Assembly (NCBI GenBank): GCA_002633005.1
Contig: NMRA01000724.1
Span: 6,328 to 70,327, forward strand
Direction: 5' to 3'
DNA from: Phoronis australis
Lineage: Eukaryota; Animalia; Phoronida
Length of the DNA: 64,000 nucleotides
The notes under the pieces are model-generated. The model worked only from the letters and a program-made list of their open reading frames with translations, was not told where the DNA came from and did no database searches. Shown here one piece after another: positions 50,201 through 60,144 of the stretch. The translations under genes were made by a program, and so were the position numbers. Position 1 is the stretch's first letter. Each line of letters opens with the position of its first letter.

Positions 50201-51869
50201 TCTCCAAAACCCACTGCAGTATCTTTTTTAATTTAGTACCGTATTCGCCGTAATAACCGCCCAGGGCGCTTAGAAACGTTAGTTTGGGGGGCGCTTATTA
50301 TAACCCAAGGCCGTTGAAACCCGGTCTCCGAAACGGGTGAAATCGGAAGCTAAGATTCATCATATTTACACTCTGTGACGTGTCTGTAATCTATGAAAAG
50401 ACTTTCTACAAAACCGTGGTGCATAATGCTATCAAACTTTGCTGCTAAATTACGATCATTTCATTGACGCTGAATTTCCCATGACTTTGATTACTGTGGC
50501 GCCTCCTAGTGGCAGTTTTTTTTTGCGCCCATGGCTGTATCTCCCAAACCGTTTGCAAGATCTTTACAAATTTAGCAAGTGTATTTATGTGATGTTGACT
50601 TTAGGATGATTCTGACTACCGGTATGCCTCTAGTGGCAATTTAAGTATTTTACATTGACCCCTGTATTTTCATAGGTCTTCAGGTGTATACTTTGTGTTA
50701 CTTCGTGACTATGAAGGAAAAGTTCCAAGTAGAAATTTGTTTCTGGCATTCTGATGCTGTGCTAATCTCGTATGTTGGTAAATTTGTTTTTAATTCTATG
50801 TTTCTGTGGTGCTTTAAGCAACTGATGTATAGGATGTGCTTGTATTATGAAGATCACTCACATTTTGCCCCTAGCCTATTGAGGAGACAATGACCATGCC
50901 TTTCCATTTTGCAAAGTACAACATACTACGTATATGCCCTCTACTGGCCACTTTATGGTACCAATAAACAACCCTAGAAGGATACTGTATACGGTGCAAT
51001 TGTGGGCGCATTTCAACGCTCTGCGTTGCTCTTGTTTATATTTGGTAAATACCTTTTTATTTAAGAAGCAATGACAAGTTCCTGTTCTTAGATGGATTCA
51101 ACTTGTTTCACGTCATCTAGTGGCCATTTCTGTGACTCAAATATACATCCCTTGAAGCATATTGTTTGCGGGGCCTACATGAGCACATTTCAATGCTCTG
51201 CGTTGCTCTTGTTATCGTGAAAGTGAGAAAATAACTAACTGTACATTCAAAAGTATCTTCAGCAGATGTTATTGAGTGACTGTATTTTTGATATTTTTTG
51301 CATGTCGTTGAGTTACTGTACTTTATATTTTTTACATGTTAATGAGTTACTGTACTGTGCTCTGATACATGTTATTGAGTTGCTATGGTATTGAGTTACT
51401 GTACTGTGTATTCTTACATGTTTTTGAGTTACTGTACGGTGCACTGATACATGTTATTGTGAGTTACTGTGGTATTGAGTAACTGTACTGTGCACTGATA
51501 TATATTATTGAGTTACTATGGTATTGAGTTGCTGTACTGTGTATTCTTACATGTTTTTGAGTTACTGTACTGTGCACTGATACATGTTATTGAGTTATTA
51601 TGCTACTGATTTACTGTATTGTGTATTCTTACATCTTACTGAGTTACTGTAATGTGCACTGATACATGTTATTGAGTTACTGTATTGTGTATTAATACGT
51701 CATTAAGTTGCTGTACTACATTCTTTCGTGTTTTTGTTTTCAGTGTTTTGTCAGGTGGCACACAAAAAATCCAAATGCAGATGTGGTCAAAAGTGTTCTG
51801 GAGGCTTTAGACAAAGTTGTTGGCTACACTCCGAACGAATTAACAAATGTGAAAATCATTGAGAGCTAG
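11259..51869 (+). CDS. TNF receptor superfamily death receptor, 15 coding exons (SP-4xCRD-stalk-TM-linker-death domain), 462 aa as reconstructed
   Basis: Join 11259-11282,11755-12112,13134-13322,18227-18274,22190-22240,23019-23156,28311-28391,29804-29842,31195-31218,35591-35620,36518-36541,38152-38244,40699-40782,44021-44100,51744-51869 = 1389 nt. All introns are GT-AG, phases are compatible, and the frame is open to TAG. TNFR Cys spacing (CPPG, CPHGTY, CPLGTFS), hydrophobic TM, and death-domain-like C-terminus. Small exons are less certain than the domain exons. Confidence 0.85.
11755..12112 (+). CDS. TNFR exon 2: end of signal peptide, CRD1, CRD2 and most of CRD3
   Basis: Acceptor ttttgtttttag. 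Translates VFIALAIDAAVGCKTYPHKGNNCYYCPPG...CPHGTY...CTSSSNIICRCKSGYW...CFPGHGAVIP. Donor CAG|GTTTGT, phase 1. Confidence 0.93.
13134..13322 (+). CDS. TNFR exon 3: end of CRD3 and CRD4
   Basis: Acceptor cattttag. Translates GTPFSDVTCKACPLGTFSDEYSKTQKCQPHSKC...GNSTHDSNC...SSGK. Donor AAG|GTAAGA. Confidence 0.93.
15533..17870 (+). mobile_element. Helentron-associated HINE/DINE-1-type element with ~450 bp tandem core
   Basis: 5' T run plus subTIR atgcgcccaca with adjacent inverted repeat, (CCGT)n microsatellite, tandem core, 3' tgtgggcgcat plus hairpin caacgctctgtgttg plus ctcttgtt. Inserted in a T run without TSD. Confidence 0.82.
16675..16784. other. Assembly gap within tandem core
   Basis: Run of N. 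Confidence 1.
18227..18274 (+). CDS. TNFR exon 4 (stalk, GDPTVPGNVVDGVDSQ)
   Basis: Acceptor tttttggttacag, donor AAG|GTTTGT. 48 nt, phase 1-1, open frame. Confidence 0.65.
19660..21320 (-). mobile_element. Degenerate HERO-clade (restriction-like endonuclease) non-LTR retrotransposon, 3' part
   Basis: RT motif AFVDD near 21255; GRKW...HLQHKDIVG; CCHC knuckle C..C...TLQHVLSNC...W.QNKVL; endonuclease ELTVP.E....ERK..KY.EL...PLDVGAKGFV. Many stops and frameshifts. Confidence 0.82.
22190..22240 (+). CDS. TNFR exon 5 (stalk, ESSTITSRGEETRNHTK)
   Basis: Long T tract plus tag acceptor, donor AAG|GTTTGT. 51 nt, phase 1-1, S/T-rich with an NHT sequon. Confidence 0.7.
22301..22546. mobile_element. 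hAT-like MITE with 6 bp TSD
   Basis: cagggcttggaat ... attacaagccttg with flanks tctagc / tccagc. Same ends as 36654-37152. Confidence 0.65.
23019..23156 (+). CDS. TNFR exon 6 (transmembrane helix)
   Basis: Acceptor tttcttttgcag. Translates DTSFPVVLGPVGVALIVIGATVLVCCLLGGLCWKYGWLESLLRYCR. Donor GAG|GTAAGA. 138 nt. Confidence 0.9.
23828..24855 (+). mobile_element. Degenerate second HINE-type family with GACCTTGAC core repeats
   Basis: Recurring gaccttgac...ttttcaaggtca motifs near 23983, 24182, 24582 and 24685. Starts with a ggggacatag-type motif. Confidence 0.45.
25450..26359 (+). mobile_element. Young HINE copy (same subfamily as 15533-17870), core collapsed in gap 25843-26110
   Basis: 5' and 3' segments nearly identical to 15533-15920 and 17620-17870. 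Confidence 0.82.
27703..27812. repeat. 54 bp tandem duplication
   Basis: atagacaatcagaaagattgaatgaaatccgg...tgctga twice. Confidence 0.9.
28311..28391 (+). CDS. TNFR exon 7 (cytoplasmic linker GESSSEVVPQKDPNGNAMELAETVPAD)
   Basis: Acceptor tattttgtag, donor ATG|GTACGA. 81 nt, phase 1-1. Confidence 0.75.
29804..29842 (+). CDS. TNFR exon 8 (GAGEPRGSGAPEE)
   Basis: Acceptor ttttgttttttctatag, donor A|GTAAGT. 39 nt GC-rich island in an AT-rich intron, phase 1-1. Confidence 0.72.
31195..31218 (+). CDS. TNFR micro-exon 9 (IVISRNGS)
   Basis: Acceptor tttcctatttctgttacag, donor CAG|GTAATG. 24 nt, phase 1-1. Confidence 0.6.
31792..33266 (+). mobile_element. HINE copy with ~150 bp core units
   Basis: tttttatgcgcccacatatttatatgtgg start, cctagtgg units, and gtgggcgcatttcaatgctctacgttgctcttgtt end. 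Confidence 0.8.
33560..34332 (-). mobile_element. 3' remnant of an RNase H-bearing non-LTR retrotransposon (LOA/R1/I-group-like)
   Basis: IRWVRAHVGIDGNENAD (RNase H C-part), then after a frameshift ILTGHCNLARH...CPECGTDVESPKHLVESCPA (CCHC). Confidence 0.8.
34333..35436 (+). mobile_element. Old HINE copy
   Basis: tttttgtgcacccacatatttata start, decayed cctagtgg units, and cattgctcttgtt end. Confidence 0.65.
35591..35620 (+). CDS. TNFR micro-exon 10 (AGDGATREPP)
   Basis: Acceptor ttttttgtag, donor CAG|GTAATC. 30 nt, phase 1-1. Confidence 0.68.
36518..36541 (+). CDS. TNFR micro-exon 11 (GLIRRKSS)
   Basis: Acceptor tttttcttgtattgtag, donor CAG|GTAAGG. 24 nt, phase 1-1. Confidence 0.68.
36654..37152. 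mobile_element. hAT-like MITE with 6 bp TSD
   Basis: Perfect TIR cagggcttggaat / attccaagccctg, with tgttaa on both sides and ccgcg subterminal motifs. Confidence 0.8.
37271..37430. mobile_element. hAT-like MITE
   Basis: caggggcggat ... atccgccactg, flanks atgacgag / atgatgtg (degenerate 8 bp TSD). Paralog of 1-165. Confidence 0.75.
38152..38244 (+). CDS. TNFR exon 12 (GLQLYKPDYKRSSSRNSDPETTPFLETGVSE)
   Basis: Weak AAG acceptor, open phase-1 frame, GC-richer island. Donor AAG|GTGATG; an alternative in-frame donor follows 38250. Confidence 0.6.
40699..40782 (+). CDS. TNFR exon 13, death domain N-part (EMKLADFFHKAGDVLHPDNWRRAMRALP)
   Basis: Acceptor ctttttccag, donor CAG|GTACCA. The W-R-R-x-M-R-x-L pattern is typical of death-domain helix 2. 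Confidence 0.82.
40877..42038. mobile_element. Probable TIR element spanning assembly gap 40963-41810
   Basis: accgtatttatccacctt at the left and aaggtggataaatgcagt at the right are inverted. Confidence 0.45.
44021..44100 (+). CDS. TNFR exon 14, death domain middle (GTVLADEEIITIEYNRRLDGITEMKYQ)
   Basis: Acceptor tttacttttcag, donor CAG|GTATTG (phase 0). Pattern L-x-D-x-E-I-x-x-I-E...E-x-x-Y-Q of death-domain helices 3-4. Confidence 0.85.
44752..45242. mobile_element. Kolobok-like MITE
   Basis: ttaa|ggttatataggacc ... ggtcctgtataacc|ttga. Confidence 0.6.
45269..45377. repeat. 50 bp tandem duplication
   Basis: ctatgctgatgtatagcaggaactaaatcacaatgctattttaacatgat twice plus a partial third unit. 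Confidence 0.9.
45781..51212 (+). mobile_element. Cluster of tandem and nested HINE copies in the last TNFR intron
   Basis: 5' heads at 45781, ~47520, ~48260 and ~48809; 3' tails at ~47492, ~51035 and ~51212. Continuous ~150 bp cctagtgg units, with an unrelated taccgtattcgccg-starting fragment at ~50237-50465. Confidence 0.82.
51266..51720. repeat. Minisatellite built on ttgagttactgtactgtg..tacatgtt
   Basis: Repeated ~33-35 bp units with shorter ttgagttactgtggta variants. Confidence 0.88.
51744..51869 (+). CDS. TNFR last exon, death domain C-part (CFVRWHTKNPNADVVKSVLEALDKVVGYTPNELTNVKIIES*)
   Basis: Phase-0 acceptor tttttgttttcag. Continues YQ-C-F-x-x-W and L-x-A-L of the death domain. TAG at 51867-51869. 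Confidence 0.82.
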   Translation, partial: CFVRWHTKNPNADVVKSVLEALDKVVGYTPNELTNVKIIES

Positions 51870-53767
51870 GTGTCTGAAATAATCCATTGAACCAAAAGGG
51901 CTATGCAGTGGTTAGTAAAACGTGCATATGTTGGACGTATGTAAGAGACATCTTTGCTTAACCCAAGCAAAGTTCCTCATTACAGATCAGTTTGTGCTTT
52001 GGACACTTCAGATTTGCCCGATTTGGATTGGGTCGGCTTGGATCCAACTCATGCAAGATTTACTCTTTCAGATTTTATTGTTTGGTCAGCATTCCATGTC
52101 AGATGGGCAGTTTGCTCAAAGTTGAGTCGATTTTCAAGTAGAAAATTACCTTTTACCTTAGAACAGGTCCACATTTTTATACACAAGCTTGAAATCATCG
52201 CGTTTCTGCAACTTTGAGATTATTAGGTTCTGTTATTTTTGTTTGATGGCCAAAGGTCATAATGTGTTATGTCAGTAGTGTACATGGATTTATTTAGTCA
52301 TTTTATTTGTTTCGTATTGTCACAGTTGAGAGTTAGTGCCGTGCTGGATTACACAGCGACACTCAAACTCCCTGTATTTATGCACAGTGCTACAATATCC
52401 GAATTCTGTGACAAAATGAGAGCCAAGTAGTTAGTGTTTTACGGTATTGGGTTTTTAAGTTATTTTATTTTATGCTGCTTCAAGTGGTGGTTACTTTTTC
52501 ACAAATTGTAAATTATGAAATGCCTCATTATCACTGAAAAATATTGTGTCTCGCATATGTATCAAAATTGATGTGCTCCAAAAAGTTGTGACAGTAGTGA
52601 GACAGTTTGAAAATTTTGACAAGTAACAAATTGTGACTAGCCGTTAAACATGAATCCATTCTCTCCCTGCCTGAAACAAATTGTTTGGTACCCTTGGCAA
52701 CTGGCCCTTAGTGAAGAATTATTAATAGTGGGATACACTAAACCCTTGAGGTTGCAGGTTTTAACTTAAACCCTGAATTGCTTTTGAGTAGTCATTACGC
52801 AAACATCACAACTGAAACTCTTCAGTTCACATTCAGTTTTCTCCTAAATTAGCCTGTAAAACCTTTTTGCATTTTTAAAATGTTTATGTCCAAACAACTC
52901 CCCAAACAATATACACTGATTGAGCCTGGTGACTTTAAACAATACGAGATGCGTTTAATATGTAGTATCGTTGGTTACAGTTTGCTCACATATTTTCTTT
53001 CTGGTTCATGTTTTTGCTTTTATCTCTTATTGTCCACAGTTACTCTCACTGCACCTTGTTTGCTGCCATTGTTAATATTGAATGTTCTTGGTATTTGACA
53101 TCTTCATATGTAAAAATTCATAATACATATCAGCTTTCCTGGTGCGGCTATGTGGTTATAAAAGTATTAGTTATCACAAACTTTTAAAAGTTATTACTGG
53201 TTTTCAATAGGTATCTAATAGCGTTATATTTAGAGACAACAAATTGGTGCAAAATCATCACGAAGACTTGAACAGGACTTGACTGCCCTTTTAGAAATGG
53301 AACTTCTCCAACAATAATGTGGGTTTTGCCTGTGATGGTCTATGGGTTTTTGTTTTGCTGTATTTTGAAATATGGCTAGTACTTGTTATATTTCCCAGTT
53401 GAGAATGTGTTATTGCTCATCCAAATGCACCTTAAATTACTAATTATAACTACCGTGTGCATAATGCTGCAAAATTCATATTCAAGTCATGAATGCTGTC
53501 CAGTGATAATGTGAAAGTTTTATTTTTATTATCCACGTGGTTGTGATAGTTTGCCTGCTCATGAATGTGCATTATATTTCTGTTATGAATGTGTGTTTTA
53601 TACTACAATTATTGTCTGCTAATAGTTGGAATAATTATAGTGAAGTTGTGGTCTAGCTGTTGGCTGTTCTGTGCTGTTTAGTGTCTTTAGTTTAGCAGAT
53701 AGATGTGTCTTTGTATTGAAAATACTTCGGATCAGAAAAATTAGTTTGATGTATGAGTAATGTTTGT

Positions 53768-53773
53768 AATAAA
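53768..53773 (+). terminator. Candidate polyadenylation signal of the TNFR gene (~1.9 kb 3' UTR)
   Basis: AATAAA at the end of a T/GT-rich stretch after the stop codon. It is also retained in the duplicated copy (63832-63837 and 63867-63872). Confidence 0.5.
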
Positions 53774-54156
53774 AGCGACGATCTTGTGACTCAGCGCTAT
53801 CAAATTCACTACTTCAATTCACATCAGGTCATGTTTTGAAGGAAAAATATTCCCAACTAAAAAATATCGCACTACCTCTTTAATTCTCAAAAACACAGAC
53901 CAGGACCAATTGTGTTTTTGCTGCCTGTAACCCGGCTGAGTGCGGGACCTTGGGTAACCGCCGCATACTCGACAAAAAATATTCAGCACCATAATATTTA
54001 TCATTCTTTATACCACAATATACCAGATGAGCTACCAAATCAACTTTCGCTCTGACATTTTTACATAATGCAGAAGCGCTGATGAATTTCTTTATTTAGA
54101 ATATTAGATTGTTCTAAGCCTTATGTCGTGTATAATTATGCTAACCGGTAAGTTAA

Positions 54157-54463
54157 AGAGGCCTGGAACGTGATGAACAGACTAAATTGCAAAATTGAAA
54201 GTGGTTGTCTGGCACTGAAACAGAATTCAACCTGCTTCCCACGTATACTTAGGGTTTGTTTGTAAAGACTTTTAATTTCTGTTGATATCAAAGCATTTTA
54301 TTTAAGTTTCAAATTTCCAAAAAAAACATTTATCAGCTGCTTGCATTTCTTTACAGTAGAAAGTGAATTACTCTGTACTAGACGTTGCGAAATGGTAGCT
54401 TACTTTCGTCTGGAATTGTTTTTAAAAATATATTTTTGACGCGCTTCTGCGTTCCATTCCTCT
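54157..54463. mobile_element. Kolobok-like MITE
   Basis: TTAA at 54153-54156 and 54464-54467; TIR agaggcctggaacg / cgttccattcctct. Confidence 0.68.
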
Positions 54464-55419
54464 TTAATTTTATTCAAGTGACTTGAAAGCTGAAAGTCTA
54501 AGGGTGCGTTGTTCTCTCATGTTTACTTGTATAATATTTGATATTTTTATATCCATATCAAAATAAACTGAACGAATCAAACTACAATAAACCGTGTAAC
54601 CCTTCAGATTTTGGCAACGTGAAATGAAGAGCTGAATGAAATAATATTGTTGGTCCCATTCTCAACTGGTACACTTGTACGTTACAACTGAACCCTTGTG
54701 AACCAAATAACGCTAATCGCAAAACAAGATGAAAGACTTGTGAATCGCGCAAGACGAAAAAAAACAAGCTTGTAGGTTTAGAGTGTTCAATGATGCCAAG
54801 TGAGCCGGATTAGAGATGCCCTATTGAAGTGAACCGGCGACATTGGCACCGGATGTTTGCCAATTAAAAAAATTAAGTCGGTGCGCATGTGCGGGTGAGG
54901 GAACTTGGAAAAAACATAACAGAGTAGTAGAGGAAATTTCGTCAAAATCCCAAAGCAAGCCTCGGGATTTTGACATATTTCCAACATGTCATAAACCCGA
55001 GACTTGTGTAGGATTCTCTGTAATTGGGCAATCCACTGTGTCTCTGCACTGACTCACCCGTATTCAAGTCACGGATGTGTACATTGGTATCTGTTGTAAA
55101 TTAGCGTGTTGGAAGAGACAAAAGAAATTCAAACTCATTGTCACGACAATATGGTTATCGTCGGTGTGTATTGGATGCAAACGACATCAAAGTAACTAAA
55201 ACACGTGCAAGAAAACAATTTTATACGTCATAGCAAGACGTGAAAAACATTTGTACATTTTACTGTTACCGTACTTGAAACTCAATTTTTCACATGATCT
55301 GGAATGTGATACGACGCAACTGGTTAATAACACCGATTTTACCACAGTATTAGCGTCAAATGGCAAATACAACCGGGTAATAACCCATTTAGTTATCTCA
55401 CTAGGGAGATAACATATTT

Positions 55420-55502
55420 TGGCGGGAAACCGAGGCCGGTTTCGAACCCGGGACTCAATTAGTTACGAGTCGCCGACTATACCGCCGACTCAGCGGCTGA
55501 CG
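55420..55502 (-). mobile_element. tRNA-derived SINE-like head (not a functional tRNA)
   Basis: Minus strand has ggcggtata, an anticodon-arm-like gactcgtaa, and B box gggttcgaaacc. No closing acceptor stem is visible. Confidence 0.4.
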
Positions 55503-57811
55503 TCATCGAACGTGAAAATAGAATACTTAAAGGAGAATGCCACCCAAAAAACAACCTATTTTGTATTAAAAAATTTAGATCGAGTAGCTCTACTCGATAA
55601 TGGCAGGTTCGGTTGCGTTACCTGACGGCAGACAGAGGTGTTGAAATTATCCAATGACGTAATTGGTTTCACACTCAGCTTGTTCAGCAGTTTACAACAC
55701 GGGTTTGTGGTGTCAGCTTATCGCTTGAATTCATCGTTTAACGCCAATAAATCATCAAACTTCGATGTAAAACCCTTAAAAATACATCGAGTTCTTATAA
55801 AAACTTGTTGTTTTATTTCGCTGTTACGGACTTACTGGTATTTGGACACACCGTAGCCTACAAAGTTCGGCAAGCCAATTTACCAAGGTCCGTAGCAGGG
55901 GTTTGGGGTCTGTTCGAAGATAAATTCGAAGTATTCTTCCATGAAATACAGACAGGAAAACCTAGATCAGTGCTGTTTATACTTGTGGTTTTTTGAGTTC
56001 TAAACACACAAAAGGCTCGTTATCCCGGCCAGTGGCACGGAACCCAATCAGGCCCGTCGCGGCCGCCAGGACTGGCATGAACATAAACCAGCTTGAGTTG
56101 CAAACTAAACCTCCAGTCACGAAAAGATTATAATAGTGTGCACGTAATTAATTATTTATGTGAATTAGCCCGTGACGAAACTGAAAATCTACTTACTTGA
56201 CGGGGGCCGCGGAAGTCGAGTTCCCCTTCCACAGACCGTCAGGGCAAAGGTTGTACAGTAACAATGATTTGAATAACTATATAAAGATTCCCCTAACATG
56301 TGACAATAGCATATAAAATCGAGTAATTGTTTCACAACAGCTTTCTGTCAGCAAACACTGAATTAGCATGCGCTCACACGGCAGTGCCGGTCAGTCGCTG
56401 GCATCAAAAACCGGTAACGCAGTGGTTTATTCATTGCTGGCTTCTCAAAACATTTGCACTCACGAGCACTCCAAGGCATTACAAATTGTATCTAATGAGA
56501 CAGACTTTGTTTCAGTTTTATATAAGCATTGGTATTGGTTAGGATCATTTAGATTCTGTCGGTAGTTGGATCTAAACTTGACCTAATTCTTTCACTTCTT
56601 TCTGCAGTTCACTTAAGTCTTATAAATTCAGACCAAAACGATATATTTATTACTTATTTCTTGTTTTTACTATTTTTATTATTGTTATTCTAAGTTTATT
56701 TTTATCTATTTATCATTTTATTATAGTTATAATTTATTTATTTATTCACTATTACTTAGTTAGAATATTTACTTTGGTCGCATTCAGTCAACATCTTGGC
56801 TGTCGTCCGTCGTTAATGTAATTTTCGTGCAATTTGACTGCATGATGAACACATCTAGAAGCATATACTGTTTACGGTGCAATAGTGGGCGAATTCCGAC
56901 GCTCTTGTTTACAGATCGATTGTTGGCCAGCCCCTGTTGTAAAATAATGCTTGTCCAAAATTATTGTCAAAACTACTCAACAGGGGTTAACGTGAATGAC
57001 ACACGTATACGGCGGAGATGCGTCGGCACTAGTCGATTTTCGGGAAATTTGACTGCTGTTCGAAGTGGACATTTAATTCTCCATCGACGGATACTTTGGT
57101 AGTACCAATATCTTGGGGTGTCTACTATCTTGGGAACCGGTTACCTCAGTGACGATACCGGTTATTTCAATTTAATCTCAAAACCTTGAGATTTAATAGC
57201 TGTTGCCTCGGCATCCTCATCACCCTTATGAAATGGCGAAGTTTTATTGTGTGTTAGCTAACCACATACAAAAATAGGTTGTCCCCAAAGTACGCACAAC
57301 AGTGAATGCTATGAGCTTCTTGTTGAATTCACGTCAGAGCGGCAACGGATGGTTAAACACAGCAGCAACAATTGTTCAAATTAAGGTGAACATTTCTCGT
57401 TGCAAAGGAGGCGATTAATGGAGGTGCAAGTGTCTTGGAAGTTTGTTTTCCAGTTACTAGCACTGTCACCCCCGTGTTTAATTGTGATTTCAGTGATTTC
57501 AAGTTAGAAATAATTAAAGAAAATGATGCCACGTTCTTGTCAGCGACATGCACTTTTCCTTGTTCGTTCTCAGTTGATTTGGATTAGAAATGCGCCAAAC
57601 GCATTGCAAAGTAATCTTTACGCTTTCGTTGGCAACTGACGTTTGTGGGTCAAAGAATATCCGCTGTGTTTATTTGTTCACTGGTTCTGATTTGTTTCAA
57701 TTGCAACAGCATTCCAGTGGAAAAATACGATTACGTCACCGGTTCACCTTCGACGCCGTTCAGTTGTTCATGAGGAGTTTGGATAGTCGGGCTGATTTTG
57801 GTTCATAGACG

Positions 57812-57814
57812 CTC

Positions 57815-57886
<72 letters not shown>

Positions 57887-57893
57887 ATCTGAG
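57812..57893. repeat. (AT)n/(GTATAT)n microsatellite inside a tiny TIR element
   Basis: ctcagatata...tatatctgag with atagacg on both sides (57805-57811 and 57894-57900). Confidence 0.8.
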
Positions 57894-60144
57894 ATAGACG
57901 AGACAGTACAGATCATAGACATCTCAATACTATGATGCTATGTCTATGGTACTGACATTTTGAAAGCGTGTGCCACGACTTGAAGCCCTTCATCGCTTGA
58001 ACAGCAAGAAGTCACTAGCAGCCTATCAACTGTAGTTGTTCTACCGGTTGTCTACAGTTCCATGCCGATAAACCAAAATCCTGGAAACACGAGCCTAAGT
58101 GTAAAAAAATTGACACCTGGTGTACATTTTGTGTAAGCGGTCATTGAGTGAAATGTAGCGAGATTAGTTAATGTATAGATCATATTGATATAACTGATGT
58201 CATTTTCAGTGACTGGTCTTCCCGTTAACTCGTCATGACGCATAATCCTGTGTAACGAGGTAAAATATTCAATAATGTATGCCTTGTAGGAAAAAATGAG
58301 GGCTTATGCTCGCTAAGAATCCGTTCTACTCATGACGAATCCAAATGTGCGTTTGAGAAAACATGTTTAGGATAAAACTTATTCTGTAAAAACAACTGGT
58401 CTCCCGTAAAGTTCAATTCAATTCATTTAATTTATTTCAGTACTTGGGCATCCGGCCCATATTCAAGTATGAAAGTAAGAAATACAAGAGAGACTATTAA
58501 ATTTATTATGTGCAATAAGAACTTGGTGAATGAAACAAGCTAAGTTTCAAACGTTGCGAGACTTCATAAAAAATGAAAGGATCACCTTTGAAGTTATTAA
58601 TATTAAGACTAATAAACGTGTTTTTCATCCTCAACAGTGTCAGGACAAACAGAGCAGGAGCGCTAATCTCTAGCTATACCCAAGAAATGCTAGTTTTGAT
58701 TTTCAGTTTATGATTTGAACACCCTAAAATGTGCAAGAGCTGTGATGAAATATTTTTTAATTAGACATTTTGCATATTATTCTAGAATGAGTCTATTTTT
58801 AAAGAATTTATGAGAATGCAATTTACTAAGAGATGATATTTCGTGCAACCATTGCTGTTGGTCTATGTGCATACATTTTTGTTTGAATTAGTGAACAAAT
58901 AACTCTTCGTTATCAAATGCTTGACTGACCCACACAATACCCGACAAACCTAGTCCTGAAAAGTGGGTTTTTAATGCGAAGACCCCAGCTTTCGCGATTT
59001 CCCTCCGCAAAGTCATGGTGGAACTTATAACATGAGTAGGTATATCTATTCTGAGACAATTTTAACACCTTCAACCAATCCTACTAAACCTCCATAACAT
59101 CATTGTATACCTGCCTAGCTCCCTCCTGGCTACTGAATTAGAGGCACTTCGCCCAAGACCTAACCTGAATTTACAAAATTTGAAGAATCTCGGCATTTGG
59201 ACCTCTGTGAAAACCCTACACTTCCGAACCATACATGACAATAGGGCATATTTTAGTATCGAGTAATTGTAACCAAACATTTACAGGAACATTTTCGAAA
59301 TGTGACATACTTTTTCAACAAAAAAGACTTTTCCCACATGATCAGTTAAATTTAATAGAGTTTTTGCTTACCAGGCTGGAAAGGTCTTGATGAGAAAGAG
59401 AAATAGTAAAAATTTTAGGATGGTATAAAAATTATTATGTACAATTAAAACGTTAACAATAAATTTGACACAAAGAGCGAAATGCTAAACAATTAAAAAT
59501 AGTAAAATTATGAAATAGTACCCAGGTACTTGGACTTGAAATATTAAATAGAATTACTTTGATAGACGTCAGAATTGAGATTGTTGCACCTAAGTGGAAA
59601 ACCGGTGTTCACCATAGTTCTGATTTATGAATATAAACAATTCCACCCTCACTAGACCTATTGCTATTATTATTGTAACCTTGTTTACTACTTATATTTT
59701 CTCACAAAAATACTCACATGCCATGCCATGGATACAATTGAGCATAGCTAAACACATATAGTAATCCCTACGCTCATCCGATTTGATCCAGTCAAAACTA
59801 GAGTGCATGCAGTCGATACTTGTACATTTGTTTGCCTGAAAAATGCTTCGTGCGGCTGACTGTTATATTAAACAAGACCTGAGATTATTACTGGAACGTC
59901 GCAATATTCTGAATAAGGCTATGTACAATAGCGTTATTAATACTTTAAGCAGTCCAATTGGCACTTAGAACGCAAATGAAATCTACATGTACGAGACAGG
60001 TAATATGTCTATCAAAAATGCCTAAATATTGCACATCACTTACAAGCTCCAGGGAGGAATTTAAACTTCTGGTGAGAAAGAAACCACAGGTCCCACGCCG
60101 TGTCTTGGAAGAACGTCGTCAGAATTTCCACTCACTAGACACTA

